Below are positions 1-9,740 of a stretch of 64,000 nucleotides of DNA, piece after piece. Under the pieces are notes generated by a model. The model saw only the letters and a program-made list of their open reading frames with translations. It made no database searches and was not told the DNA's origin. The stretch spans positions 6,570,791-6,634,790 of the forward strand of contig OZ244175.1 of the NCBI GenBank assembly GCA_965216535.1. The letters run 5' to 3'. Origin of the DNA: Hoeflea sp. GTDB taxonomy: Bacteria > Pseudomonadota > Alphaproteobacteria > Rhizobiales > Rhizobiaceae. Position numbers and translations under genes: made by a program. Every line of letters begins with the position of its first letter. The first letter of the stretch is position 1.

Positions 1-477
1 CCCAACATGCAAAGGCTGCAGGCGGCTTTCCGGCATGCCGGGATCGAGGTGCTCTACACGACGATCGAGAGCCTCACGCTCGATGGGCGCGACCGCAGCC
101 TCGACTACAAGATTACCGGTTTCAACGTTCCGCGCGGCTCCTGGGACGGCAAGGTCATCGAAGAGTTGCAACCCGGCGAAGACGAGATGTGCTTCCCCAA
201 GTCTTCGTCATCGGTCTTCATCTCCACTCACATCGATTATGTGCTGCGCAATCTCGGTGTCCGCCAGTTGGTGATCAGCGGCCTGCTGACGGATCAGTGC
301 GTGGAAAGCGCCATACGCGATGGCTGCGACCTCGGCTATCTCGTGACCCAGGTCACCGACGCCTGCGCCACCATCACCAGCGAGCGTCACGAGAACTCGC
401 TGCGCGCCATCAAGGGCTACTGCCGGCAGATCACGACCGACGCGCTCATCAAGGAAATAGAGGAGACAGGAGCATGA
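1..477 (+). CDS. Isochorismatase-family cysteine hydrolase (probably 5'-truncated by the window edge)
   Basis: KSSSSVF and GLLTDQCVESAIRDGCDLGY catalytic motifs. The frame is open to the window edge, and the stop overlaps the next start (ATGA at 474-477). Confidence 0.85.
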   Translation, partial: PNMQRLQAAFRHAGIEVLYTTIESLTLDGRDRSLDYKITGFNVPRGSWDGKVIEELQPGEDEMCFPKSSSSVFISTHIDYVLRNLGVRQLVISGLLTDQCVESAIRDGCDLGYLVTQVTDACATITSERHENSLRAIKGYCRQITTDALIKEIEETGA

Positions 478-1784
478 CGGATGCAGTGGAAGCCGTCCAG
501 GCGGCCATCGACAAGGACCGGGATTTCGTCATCGAATTGACGCGGGAGATCGTTGCGATCCCCTCGGTCAATCCGAAATTCGTGCAGGATCCGGCGCAAA
601 ATCGTGAGACCGACGTACAGAACGTCATCCAGGGGCATCTCGATGCCGCCGGCTTCTCGACCGAGCGCTGGGATGTGTTTCCCGATCGACCAAACGTCAT
701 TGGCGACTGGCAGGGGAGCGAGGACAAGAGCCTGATACTGTGCGGCCACATCGATGTGGTTCCTGTTGGCGACGCCTCCGCCTGGGACCGGGATCCGTTC
801 AGTGCCGACATCGCCGACGGACGCATTTGGGGCCGCGGTGCGGTGGACATGAAAAGCGGTGTCGCTGCCTGCGTTGCTGCGGCAAAAGCGCTGAGGGACG
901 TCGGTGTCGAACTCGAGGGCCGGCTGTCGATCCACAGCGTGGTGGACGAGGAAGCCGGAGGTTTCGGCGCCATGGATGCCGTCAAGCGAGGCAAACTCGC
1001 CAAACGGGCGATCATTGCCGAGCCGACCTGGGGCGACGTGATCGCCGCCGAAGGCGGCCTCACCTGGGTGCGCGTGACGATTTTCGGCAAACAGGCACAT
1101 GCCGGCTGGCGCTTCAACGAAATCTGGCCGCAGCCGCATGAGGACGGCCGGCTGGAGCCAGGCGTCAACGCCATCGAGCTCGCCAACCGCTTTCTCAATG
1201 CCCTGCGCGATTTCGAAGCTGCTCGCTGCCGTTCGCACTGGCATCCATTGATGCCGCTGGGGCTGGCCACGATCAACCCCGGCGTTATCCGGGGCGGTGC
1301 AGGCATGGGCGAAGACGGCAATCCGGCGGTGATGATGAACGCCGCAATGATCCCGGACGTCGTTACCATCGATCTGGATTACAAGTTCATGCCGCAGGAG
1401 AATTTCGATGACGTCAAGGCGGAGTTCGAAGCTTTCGTGCATCATTTCGCTGCGACTGATCCGTGGATGCGCGACAACCCGCCGAAGATCCTCTGGGACC
1501 TGTTCGATCTCAATTTTCCGCCGATGAACACACCGATCGATCATCCGATGACGGAAATGCTCATGAAGCGCGCCGGCGAAGTGCAGACCAAGGCACCGCG
1601 TGCCAAGGGCTTTGAAGCGGTGACCGACGCCGCTCACTACGCGGGCGCCGGTGTCGTCCCCTTGATCTACGGCGCTAAGGGCGACGGGTTTCACGGTGAC
1701 AACGAATGCGTGGAGATCGACAGTCTGGTCGACACGACAAAGGTCCTGGCGGCCGCCATCATCGACAACTGCGGTGTTCGCTAG
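474..1784 (+). CDS. M20-family amidohydrolase (ArgE/DapE-like)
   Basis: LCGHIDVVP, GRGAVDMKSG, VDEE and HGDNE metal-binding motifs. Start placed at ATG 474 after GAGGAG; the upstream part of ORF 189 is not coding-like. Confidence 0.9.
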   Translation: MTDAVEAVQAAIDKDRDFVIELTREIVAIPSVNPKFVQDPAQNRETDVQNVIQGHLDAAGFSTERWDVFPDRPNVIGDWQGSEDKSLILCGHIDVVPVGDASAWDRDPFSADIADGRIWGRGAVDMKSGVAACVAAAKALRDVGVELEGRLSIHSVVDEEAGGFGAMDAVKRGKLAKRAIIAEPTWGDVIAAEGGLTWVRVTIFGKQAHAGWRFNEIWPQPHEDGRLEPGVNAIELANRFLNALRDFEAARCRSHWHPLMPLGLATINPGVIRGGAGMGEDGNPAVMMNAAMIPDVVTIDLDYKFMPQENFDDVKAEFEAFVHHFAATDPWMRDNPPKILWDLFDLNFPPMNTPIDHPMTEMLMKRAGEVQTKAPRAKGFEAVTDAAHYAGAGVVPLIYGAKGDGFHGDNECVEIDSLVDTTKVLAAAIIDNCGVR

Positions 1785-1823
1785 GACCGCGCCGACAGGC
1801 GCATAACAACAAGGAGGTACACA

Positions 1824-3056
1824 ATGCTTACCAGACGAATGCTTATCGGGGCCGTCTCGGCCGCGGCCATGGCCGTCCTTCCGGCGGCGGCGCAGGCTGA
1901 AGTGGTCAAAATCGGCGTTCTGGCGCCGGTTTCCGGCAAGGCCGCGGCCGATGGCCAGGAAATGGTCAACGGCGCGCAGATGGCGGTTGACGAGCTCAAT
2001 GCCAAGGGTGGTGTGGGCGGACACACGTTCGAACTCGTGGTCGGCGATGTCGGCGAAGCCAGTGCCGATGCGGTGGCGACCGCGGCCGAACGGCTGTTGG
2101 GAGACCGCGCCATGGGCGCCGTCATGACCGGCTATGCATCCGGTTCGAACTTCGAAATCGAAATGATGGCCGAACAGGAGATGGTCTACATCGTGTCCGC
2201 AAACTCGGCGCAGACGGAAGGCATCATCAGCCCCAATCCGGATGATTTCGGGACCGTCTGGTCGATGACCCCGTCCTACGCCGGCTACAACACTGAAATC
2301 GTTCCCGTGGTCGAGGGACTGGCTTCCGCCGGGAAACTCAATCTGCCCAACAAGAAGGTAGCGATTATCGCCTCGGACAATCCCTACTCCAAGGGTATTG
2401 CCGACGGCATGGTCGATTCCTTCAAGGGTGCTGGCTGGGAAGTGACGCAAAACGATCTGCTGCCGTTCGGCGAGATCAATGACTGGCGCGCCTTCCTGGC
2501 CAAGGTCCGGCAAGACCCACCCGCGGTGCTGATCAATACCGACTACGTGTCGGCCAATGCCGCGACGTTCATGTCGCAGTTCATGGAAGACCCCACCGAC
2601 AGCCTGGTGTTCATCCAGTACGCACCGTCCGTGCCTGAATTCCTGGAACTGACCAAGGAAAAATCCTCGGGCGTCGTCTACAACCTGCTCGGCGGTGTGC
2701 TCAACACGCCGACCAATCCGCGCGCCGCCGAAGTGCTCGAAAAGTACAAGGCCGCGTTCGGAAACGAGCCGGGAACCTATGGCCCTGCCCTCTATGAGCA
2801 GGTCATGATCTACGCTGACGCGCTTGGCAAGGTCGGCGATCCGTCCAAACGTGCCGAAATCGGCGCTGAAATCGGCAAGACCGACAAGCAGACCGCTATG
2901 GGCCGTATCCGCTTCGATCCGAAGACCCACCTGTCCGTGCAGAGCAATGACGGCGTGCCGATCCAGTTCTATCAGATCCGTGATGGCGAACGCTTCCTGT
3001 TCTATCCGGACCAGTATGCCACCGGCGCCTTCGAGCAGCCGGCGTGGATGAAGTAG
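1824..3056 (+). CDS. Liv/HAAT-type ABC transporter substrate-binding protein
   Basis: AAGGAGG RBS, signal peptide with TRR, VKIGVLAPVSG start typical of type I periplasmic binding proteins, first gene of an ABC operon. Confidence 0.9.
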   Translation: MLTRRMLIGAVSAAAMAVLPAAAQAEVVKIGVLAPVSGKAAADGQEMVNGAQMAVDELNAKGGVGGHTFELVVGDVGEASADAVATAAERLLGDRAMGAVMTGYASGSNFEIEMMAEQEMVYIVSANSAQTEGIISPNPDDFGTVWSMTPSYAGYNTEIVPVVEGLASAGKLNLPNKKVAIIASDNPYSKGIADGMVDSFKGAGWEVTQNDLLPFGEINDWRAFLAKVRQDPPAVLINTDYVSANAATFMSQFMEDPTDSLVFIQYAPSVPEFLELTKEKSSGVVYNLLGGVLNTPTNPRAAEVLEKYKAAFGNEPGTYGPALYEQVMIYADALGKVGDPSKRAEIGAEIGKTDKQTAMGRIRFDPKTHLSVQSNDGVPIQFYQIRDGERFLFYPDQYATGAFEQPAWMK

Positions 3057-3063
3057 TTTGGGT

Positions 3064-3084
3064 GGGGCCGCTTTTGGCGGCCCC
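3064..3084 (+). terminator. Intercistronic stem-loop after the binding-protein gene
   Basis: GGGGCCGC-TTTTG-GCGGCCCC perfect 8-bp stem. Confidence 0.6.
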
Positions 3085-3120
3085 TCTCCCGACACCACCT
3101 TCGGCAACAGACGTGAACAG

Positions 3121-3855
3121 ATGACCGCACCGCTTCTCGAAATCCGTCAGGCGGAAAAGCGCTTTGGCGGCCTGACCGCCGTCGATGGGGTCAGTTTTTC
3201 GGTTACCGAAAAACAGATTTTTGGCATCGCCGGTCCGAACGGTTCCGGCAAGAGCACGCTGTTCAACCTGATCACCGGGATTCCCTACCGACCGACCTCC
3301 GGCGAGGTGCTGTTCGAAGGTCAGCGCATCGACCATTGGCCGGCCCATCGGATCGCGCGGGCCGGACTTGCAAGAACGTTTCAGAAGGATGCCGAGTTCC
3401 CTGACCTGAGCGCCATGGAAACCGTTCTGATCGGTGCCGTCTATGGCGGCGGAATTCCCGGACGTCAGGCTTCGAGCGAGGTTTCATCAGCCCTTGACCG
3501 CGTCGGCTTCGATCCGGCGCGCCGCGTCATGAAATCGGCCGATCTGTCGGTGTTTGAAAAGAAACAACTGATGATCGCTTCAGCGCTTGTTTCACGACCG
3601 AAGATCCTGATGCTCGACGAACCGGCATCGGGACTGACAAAGCCGGAAATTGCGCAACTGGACGCCTTGCTGCAGTCGCTCAACAAGGACGGCATGACCA
3701 TCCTGCTGATCGAGCACGTGCTCAGCCTGCTCTTGTCGGTGTCACAGCATCTGATGGTCCTGAAACAGGGCGCGGTGCTGGCGGAGGGCGACCCTCAGAC
3801 CGTGGTTGCCGACGAGGCCGTGATCGAGGCCTATTTGGGTGGACGGTCCGAATGA
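3121..3855 (+). CDS. LivG-like ABC ATPase
   Basis: GPNGSGKST Walker A, ARTFQ, LMLDEP. Confidence 0.9.
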   Translation: MTAPLLEIRQAEKRFGGLTAVDGVSFSVTEKQIFGIAGPNGSGKSTLFNLITGIPYRPTSGEVLFEGQRIDHWPAHRIARAGLARTFQKDAEFPDLSAMETVLIGAVYGGGIPGRQASSEVSSALDRVGFDPARRVMKSADLSVFEKKQLMIASALVSRPKILMLDEPASGLTKPEIAQLDALLQSLNKDGMTILLIEHVLSLLLSVSQHLMVLKQGAVLAEGDPQTVVADEAVIEAYLGGRSE

Positions 3856-4574
3856 GCCGGCTTCTCGACATCGCCAACGTAACAGCCGGCTACGGGCCGG
3901 TCACCGTGCTGCGCGGCCTGTCCATTCATCTCGATGCCGGCGAGTCCATTGGCCTGTTCGGCCCGAACGGGCATGGCAAGACAACCCTGCTTCAAACCGT
4001 CTCCGGTCTTGTCAGGGCACGCGACGGCGCCATCCGCTTCGACGATAGTGACATCACCTCCGCAAGGCCCGCCGATATCGTATCCGCCGGCCTGGTCCAT
4101 TCGCCGCAAGGCAACACCCTGTTTGGCGACATGGGCGTGCTTGAAACGCTCGAACTGGCAGCCTTCACGCCCCGGGCACGGCCGCAGCGCGGTGCCAATC
4201 TCGATGAGGTCTACCGGCTTTTCCCGCGACTTGCCGAGCGACGCACGCAATTGGCCAAAACCCTGTCGGGCGGCGAGCGGCAAATGCTGTCCATCGGCTG
4301 TGCGCTCATGTGCGCACCGCGCCTTCTGATGCTCGACGAGCCAACCCTTGGTCTGTCGCCACGTCTCAAGGAAGAGCTGTCGACGGCGATTGCCCAGATT
4401 ATCGAATCCGGCGTTCCACTCGTGGTGGTCGAGCAGGATGTCGAGTTCCTGCTGTCGCTCACCGATCGGCTCTACATGATCGAGCACGGGGAAGTGGTGC
4501 GCGAGATCGACCGGGCCAACGCACCGGACCACGCGGAAATCATGAAGCTCTATTTCGGCGGGGACGCATCATGA
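3852..4574 (+). CDS. LivF-like ABC ATPase
   Basis: GPNGHGKTT, LSGGERQM, LDEP; ATGA overlap with the previous gene. Confidence 0.9.
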   Translation: MSRLLDIANVTAGYGPVTVLRGLSIHLDAGESIGLFGPNGHGKTTLLQTVSGLVRARDGAIRFDDSDITSARPADIVSAGLVHSPQGNTLFGDMGVLETLELAAFTPRARPQRGANLDEVYRLFPRLAERRTQLAKTLSGGERQMLSIGCALMCAPRLLMLDEPTLGLSPRLKEELSTAIAQIIESGVPLVVVEQDVEFLLSLTDRLYMIEHGEVVREIDRANAPDHAEIMKLYFGGDAS

Positions 4575-5440
4575 CCGAGACGCTGATCGCCACGCTGGTC
4601 TCCGGACTTGTGCTCGGATCGCTCTACGCTTTGATGGCGAGCGGCCTCAGCGTCGTCTGGACGACACTGGGTGTTTTCAACTTCTCCCACGGCGCGCTGA
4701 TGACGCTAGGTGCCTTCATTGCCTGGACGGTCAGCGAGGCGGCCGGTCTCGGGCTGGCCGCCGGGGTCGCTTGCGGCGTGGCTGGAGCGGCGTTGATGGG
4801 CACGATCATCGAGCGACTGCTGGTGCGTCCCTTCTACGGCAACCGCAACATGCTCCTGATCACCGTGATGACCACACTGGCGGCAATGATCATCATCGAA
4901 AAGGGATCACAGATCATCTGGGGGGCGCGGCTCAAGCAATTGCCGCGCATCATCGACGGCAACGTCTCGATTTTCGGAGCCACGATTTCCGCGCACGAGG
5001 CCCTCATTGTCGTGACGGCTCCCGCTGTGCTCCTGCTCCTGTGGTGGTTCGTCTCCGTCACACGGATCGGCCGGAGCCTTCGGGCTGTCGGACAGAACCA
5101 GGAATCAGCTGCCCTGATCGGCATTCACGTTCCGGGGGCTTTCGCATTGGCGTTTGGCCTGTCCGCGGCCCTGGCAGGGTTGACCGGCGTGTTGCTCGGG
5201 TCGATCCGTTTCATCACGCCGGCACTTGGTTCCGAGCCACTCGTCAAGGCGATGATCGTGGTTATCTTCGGTGGATTGGGAAGCCTCGGTGCCACCGTCG
5301 GTGCGGCCTACGTCATCGGCCTTCTGGAGGCCTTTCTGGTGTTGTCGGTCGGTCTCTACTGGACGCCATCGGTGCTGTTCCTGCTGATGATCACAGTGCT
5401 CGTGCTGCGGCCCGGCGGCCTGTTCGGGAGGGCGCCGTGA
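4571..5440 (+). CDS. LivH-like ABC permease
   Basis: GVFNFSHG motif, RAVGQN..AALIGI, hydrophobic helices. Confidence 0.9.
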   Translation: MTETLIATLVSGLVLGSLYALMASGLSVVWTTLGVFNFSHGALMTLGAFIAWTVSEAAGLGLAAGVACGVAGAALMGTIIERLLVRPFYGNRNMLLITVMTTLAAMIIIEKGSQIIWGARLKQLPRIIDGNVSIFGATISAHEALIVVTAPAVLLLLWWFVSVTRIGRSLRAVGQNQESAALIGIHVPGAFALAFGLSAALAGLTGVLLGSIRFITPALGSEPLVKAMIVVIFGGLGSLGATVGAAYVIGLLEAFLVLSVGLYWTPSVLFLLMITVLVLRPGGLFGRAP

Positions 5441-6408
5441 TCAAACGTCTGCCCCTGATCGCGCCGTTTGCAGCGCTCATTGTGCTGGCGCTGGTTCCGC
5501 TGGTCGTCACGGACTCCTATACGCGCCACCTTTTCATCATCGCCTTCATTTTCGCGGTGATCGCCGCCAACTGGGACCTCAGCCTGGGCCATGCTGGATT
5601 GTTCAATTTCGGCCATCTGACCTTCTTCGGTGTCGGCGTCTATACGGCCGCCATCGCGGCAAAGACGTTCGGGGTCAATCCGTGGATCGCCATCGTGCTT
5701 GGCGGCGGCACCGCGGCGATAACGGCTTTGGTTCTTGCCGCGCCGGTGGCGCGGCTGAAGGGCATCTATGTGGTGCTCGTAACCTTTGCCTTCAGCCAAC
5801 TCGTGCTGCAGCTCATCCTGAGCCAATCGCAGTTGACCGGCGGTGCCGAAGGCATGGTGCGCCTGCCCTATCTGCGCATCGGCGAGTACAAATTCATCCG
5901 CGACTACAAGCTCGGCTATTACTATGTCGCTCTCGGCATGATGATCGTGTCGACGCTTGGACTGCTTGCGATCGTGCATTCGCCCTTCGGCAAATCGCTG
6001 AAAGCGCTGCGGGACAACGAAGATTACGCCCGCGCGCGCGGCGTTTCGATTTCTGTTCAGCGCATCCTGGCGCTTGTCGCCAGCGCTGTTTTCACCGGCA
6101 TCGCCGGTGGCTTCTACGCCATCTACCTGCGGGTCGCCTCTCCGGAGGTCTTCGGGTTCGGAACCCTGTCGCTGGCGCTGTCGATGGTGCTGATCGGCGG
6201 CGTCGGCACCATTTGGGGGCCGGTGATCGCGGCCATAGCGCTCATTTTCGCAACCGAGGCGCTGGCCGGCATTCGCGGTCTCGAAGAGGCCCGCTTCATC
6301 ATCGTTGCCCTGGCCATGATCCTGGTGCTGCGGCTGGCACCGGGTGGGTTGCTTGCGCTGCTGGAGCGGCTGCGTCCGGACACGGGAGTGAACGACAACC
6401 GGCATTGA
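5437..6408 (+). CDS. LivM-like ABC permease
   Basis: GHAGLFNFGH, ALRDNEDYARARG; GTG start overlapping the previous stop (GTGA). Confidence 0.88.
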   Translation: MIKRLPLIAPFAALIVLALVPLVVTDSYTRHLFIIAFIFAVIAANWDLSLGHAGLFNFGHLTFFGVGVYTAAIAAKTFGVNPWIAIVLGGGTAAITALVLAAPVARLKGIYVVLVTFAFSQLVLQLILSQSQLTGGAEGMVRLPYLRIGEYKFIRDYKLGYYYVALGMMIVSTLGLLAIVHSPFGKSLKALRDNEDYARARGVSISVQRILALVASAVFTGIAGGFYAIYLRVASPEVFGFGTLSLALSMVLIGGVGTIWGPVIAAIALIFATEALAGIRGLEEARFIIVALAMILVLRLAPGGLLALLERLRPDTGVNDNRH

Positions 6409-6442
6409 TTCCGCTTGCCATCGGAAGACAATTGCGTCAATT

Positions 6443-6462
6443 TCCATACACCCCTGTATGGA
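6443..6462. promoter_or_regulatory. Probable TetR operator (inverted repeat)
   Basis: TCCATACA-CCCC-TGTATGGA perfect inverted repeat overlapping the GGAG RBS of the TetR gene. Confidence 0.65.
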
Positions 6463-6469
6463 GCGCCCG

Positions 6470-7111
6470 ATGGCTGAAATTGCCGTACGTACCGTCGATC
6501 CGCCGAAACCGTCTTTGGGACGACATGCGTGGCTCTCCGCCGCCTTGAACGTGCTGGCGGATGAGGGCATCGATGCGCTGCAAATCACCCGACTGGCGCG
6601 CGAACTCGATGCCACACGCGGCAGCTTCTATTGGCATTTCAAGGACCGCGACGACCTCCTTACCAGCCTTATCGAGGAGTGGCAGGCGGCCAATTCCGGC
6701 ATCATCGCCAGGACCCTGGAGGAGGCCGAAACGCTAACCGACGGTGTATTGGCGTTGTTCTACATCTGGGTGCAGGACGAGCGGTTCAGCAACAATCTCG
6801 ACCAGGCGATGCGCAACTGGGCACGCCATGACGACGCTGTCGGTGACGCCATGCGGCGCGAGGACGACAACCGGGTCGAGGCCATTGCCCGCTTCTTTCG
6901 CAAGCATGGCTATGACGTGGACGATGCCTTCGTTCGGGCGCGGGTGATCTATTTCACGCAGGTTTCCTATTACGCCCTGAACATCGAAGAGAGCCTGACC
7001 GACCGGCTCAATCTGACCCGGCACTACTTCCGGACCTTCACCGGTCGCGACATCAACGACGAACAGGCCGAGGCATTTCGCCAGCGCATGATCAAGGAGA
7101 AGACGTCATGA
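6470..7111 (+). CDS. TetR-family transcriptional regulator
   Basis: N-terminal HTH with ATRGSFYWHFKDRDDLL. Start set at 6470 because ATG 6458 lies inside the operator/RBS. Confidence 0.9.
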   Translation: MAEIAVRTVDPPKPSLGRHAWLSAALNVLADEGIDALQITRLARELDATRGSFYWHFKDRDDLLTSLIEEWQAANSGIIARTLEEAETLTDGVLALFYIWVQDERFSNNLDQAMRNWARHDDAVGDAMRREDDNRVEAIARFFRKHGYDVDDAFVRARVIYFTQVSYYALNIEESLTDRLNLTRHYFRTFTGRDINDEQAEAFRQRMIKEKTS

Positions 7112-8643
7112 GCGCACGACGCGGAGGGCGCGGTCGCGCCCGGAGCCAGACGACGACGGAAGGTCCGGTACGCGCACACGGCTATCGGCAATTGCGCCAT
7201 CCGTTCGAACCGCAAAGGATCTTTTCCGACGACGCCGTTGCAAACATCCATGACACGGCGCTGCGACTGCTCGAGGAGCTCGGCATCAAGATACTGCTGC
7301 CGGAAGCGCGCGACATCTTCAAAACAGCTGGCGCCCGGGTCGATGACGACGACATGGTCTTCATAGGCAGAGACATCGTTGAGGAGGCGTTGAAAGCCGC
7401 GCCGCGCTCGTTCCGACTCCGGGCGGCCAATCCGGCACGCGAACAGGTATATGAGCTGGGCGCCATGCTGTTCATGTCCGGCGCCGGGTGCCCCAATGCG
7501 ACCGATCTGGAGCGCGGACGCAGGCCGGGCTCGCTGCGCGACTTCGAGGAAACGGTCAAACTGCAACAGGCCTATGACGTGATCCACATGTTCGGACCCA
7601 GTGCCGAACCGCAGGACGTGCCGGTCAATCTGCGCCATTATGCGATGACCCGCACGCAGTTGATCAACGGCGACAAGCCCATGTTCATCTACGCGCGTGG
7701 TCGCCGGCAGGTCGCCGAATGCATGGAAATGATCCAGTTGGGTCTCGATCTGTCCGAGGACGATTACGCCAACGGTGTTTGGGCGACAACGATCATCAAC
7801 ACCAACTCGCCGCGTCAGATCGACATTCCCATGGCCGAAGGCATCATCGACTTTGCCCGTGCTGGCCAGATGACCGTGATCACGCCGTTCTGCCTGGCCG
7901 GTGCGATGGCGCCGGTGACGGTCGCCGGCGCGCTGGTGTTGCAGCACGCCGAGGCGCTGGCATCGATCTCGCTGGCACAGCTGGCGAAGCCCGGTGCACC
8001 GGTCTCCTATGGTGGTTTTGCTTCCAATGTCGACATGAAGTCCGGCTCGCCGGCCTTCGGCACGCCGGAACATATCCGATTGTCGATCGGATCCGGCCAA
8101 CTGGCCCGGCTGATCGAATTGCCGTGGCGATCGGCCTCGGGTGCGGCCTCCTGTGCGGCCGATATGCAGGCGTCCGGCGAAACGCATATGGGCCAGTGGG
8201 CAGCACTGATGGCGCAGGCGACGCTGTGCGTACACAGTGCCGGCTGGCTGGAGGGTGGCCTGACCTTCGGCTACGAGAAATTCATCAACGACATCGAGGC
8301 GCTGCAAACGATCGCCGAACTCTGCCGGCCGACCGAAGACGACGAAGGCGGCCTGGCCTGGGCGGCGCTGGAAGACGTGCAGCCCGGCGGCCACTTCTTT
8401 GCCACCGAGCACACCATGCAGCGCTACCGGGACGCCTTCTACCAGCCGCTGGTCGCCGATCTCAGCAATTTCGGCACCTGGAACGAAGCGGGCGCACTCA
8501 CCTCGACCCAGCGTGCGACAGGCCTTTGGCAGGCAACATTGCGCGACTTTGAAGTGCCAGCCCACAGCGAAGCCGCTGATGAAAGGATTGCCGGCTTTAT
8601 ATCAGAGCGCACGGCGGCCGGAGGAGCGCCGCCAGCCGGCTAA
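7108..8643 (+). CDS. Trimethylamine methyltransferase-family protein (non-pyrrolysine MttB superfamily)
   Basis: NTNSPRQID, PVTVAGAL, VDMKSGSPAFGTPE, HSAGWLEGGL, VQPGGHFF motifs; no in-frame TAG. Confidence 0.9.
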   Translation: MSARRGGRGRARSQTTTEGPVRAHGYRQLRHPFEPQRIFSDDAVANIHDTALRLLEELGIKILLPEARDIFKTAGARVDDDDMVFIGRDIVEEALKAAPRSFRLRAANPAREQVYELGAMLFMSGAGCPNATDLERGRRPGSLRDFEETVKLQQAYDVIHMFGPSAEPQDVPVNLRHYAMTRTQLINGDKPMFIYARGRRQVAECMEMIQLGLDLSEDDYANGVWATTIINTNSPRQIDIPMAEGIIDFARAGQMTVITPFCLAGAMAPVTVAGALVLQHAEALASISLAQLAKPGAPVSYGGFASNVDMKSGSPAFGTPEHIRLSIGSGQLARLIELPWRSASGAASCAADMQASGETHMGQWAALMAQATLCVHSAGWLEGGLTFGYEKFINDIEALQTIAELCRPTEDDEGGLAWAALEDVQPGGHFFATEHTMQRYRDAFYQPLVADLSNFGTWNEAGALTSTQRATGLWQATLRDFEVPAHSEAADERIAGFISERTAAGGAPPAG

Positions 8644-8761
8644 AGGTTCCGTCCTGAGTTTAGCCGGTTCATTTTGTGGCCCTGACGTTTGAACACAGAC
8701 GGTTTTGCTGTAACACTAGGGTGCGGTGGAATAGTAAAGCTAACCTTTTTGGGGGGCCGTC

Positions 8762-9718
8762 ATGTACAAATTATCCGCACTATCCGCAGGTGCGTTGGCA
8801 TTGCTGCTGTGCACAACACAGTCGCAGGCACAAAGCAACGCACAGAACCAGCAAAATCAATCAAATCGTCCTGTTAGCGCCGGCAAGACTCCGCCAAGCT
8901 ACCGCGGGATCACGCCTACCCGCATGATCATCGAAGGGCAGCCGGTGAATATTGCCATTGCCAACACTTCTTTGCTCAAACGGGCTCTGGAGGATTACAA
9001 GCCAGAACGTGACTCGGCTTCGCCGGTCGATCCCGATCTTGGCGAACTCATCCAGGAGATCGAAGCGGCCAACGAGAGCTCCACCCGAAAAGTGCCGGGC
9101 ATGACCGGTCTCGGAGGCGTGATGGGGCACGCTTTTCTGGATGCAGCTCGCGATGCTCTGCTATCCGGTAATTATGACCGTCAGCGACGTGTGGAGATCT
9201 CCCTGCATGGCCAGATCGAGGACTATTCGTTCAATGAAGCAGATGGCAGTGGCAACATTACATCAGTCACCTATATCGATCGCACCGTGATCCCCTCCGG
9301 CAATGGGGTGCCCAACACAAAGACCCAGGCTTACCGATGGCAAATCGAAATCGAAGCGGGCGGTTTCCAGGTCGTCGAAAAAGGGACCGACCCGCATGCG
9401 CCATTTCCGGGAACCATGGAGTTCTCTGACGCCATGAAACGGCGCATCGACTCTCTCGGTTTCGAGTACAAGCTTTGGGCGAAGGGAACGAAGATCAAAA
9501 TTACCAAGGTCGAGTTCAAGGCCAACGCCAACAGTCCCAACTGGCGCGAACTGAAGAAAAGCAACTCAAAATACGCCAAGCTCTATGAGAGCGACGCCAA
9601 CAACTGCATCGACATGCTGTTCGTTGACCGGCCGCCGGCCAGCCTCGACGGCATGGGACCGCCCTTCTATTGCCTGGGGCGGTGTGCCAACCCGCTGATT
9701 GTCAACACGGGCATGTAA
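8762..9718 (+). CDS. Hypothetical secreted protein
   Basis: 318-aa ORF with signal peptide (..SQAQS), Q/N-rich linker and three C-terminal Cys. It fills the gap between two genes, and its codon usage fits the genome. Confidence 0.75.
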   Translation: MYKLSALSAGALALLLCTTQSQAQSNAQNQQNQSNRPVSAGKTPPSYRGITPTRMIIEGQPVNIAIANTSLLKRALEDYKPERDSASPVDPDLGELIQEIEAANESSTRKVPGMTGLGGVMGHAFLDAARDALLSGNYDRQRRVEISLHGQIEDYSFNEADGSGNITSVTYIDRTVIPSGNGVPNTKTQAYRWQIEIEAGGFQVVEKGTDPHAPFPGTMEFSDAMKRRIDSLGFEYKLWAKGTKIKITKVEFKANANSPNWRELKKSNSKYAKLYESDANNCIDMLFVDRPPASLDGMGPPFYCLGRCANPLIVNTGM

Positions 9719-9740
9719 CGATCTCACGGGGGCTGCTGGT

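Noticed and set aside
417-3107. 896-aa minus-strand ORF
   Set aside because: Antisense shadow of the M20 and binding-protein genes; no motifs. Such shadows are typical of high-GC DNA.
7024-8565. 513-aa minus-strand ORF
   Set aside because: Shadow of the MttB gene.
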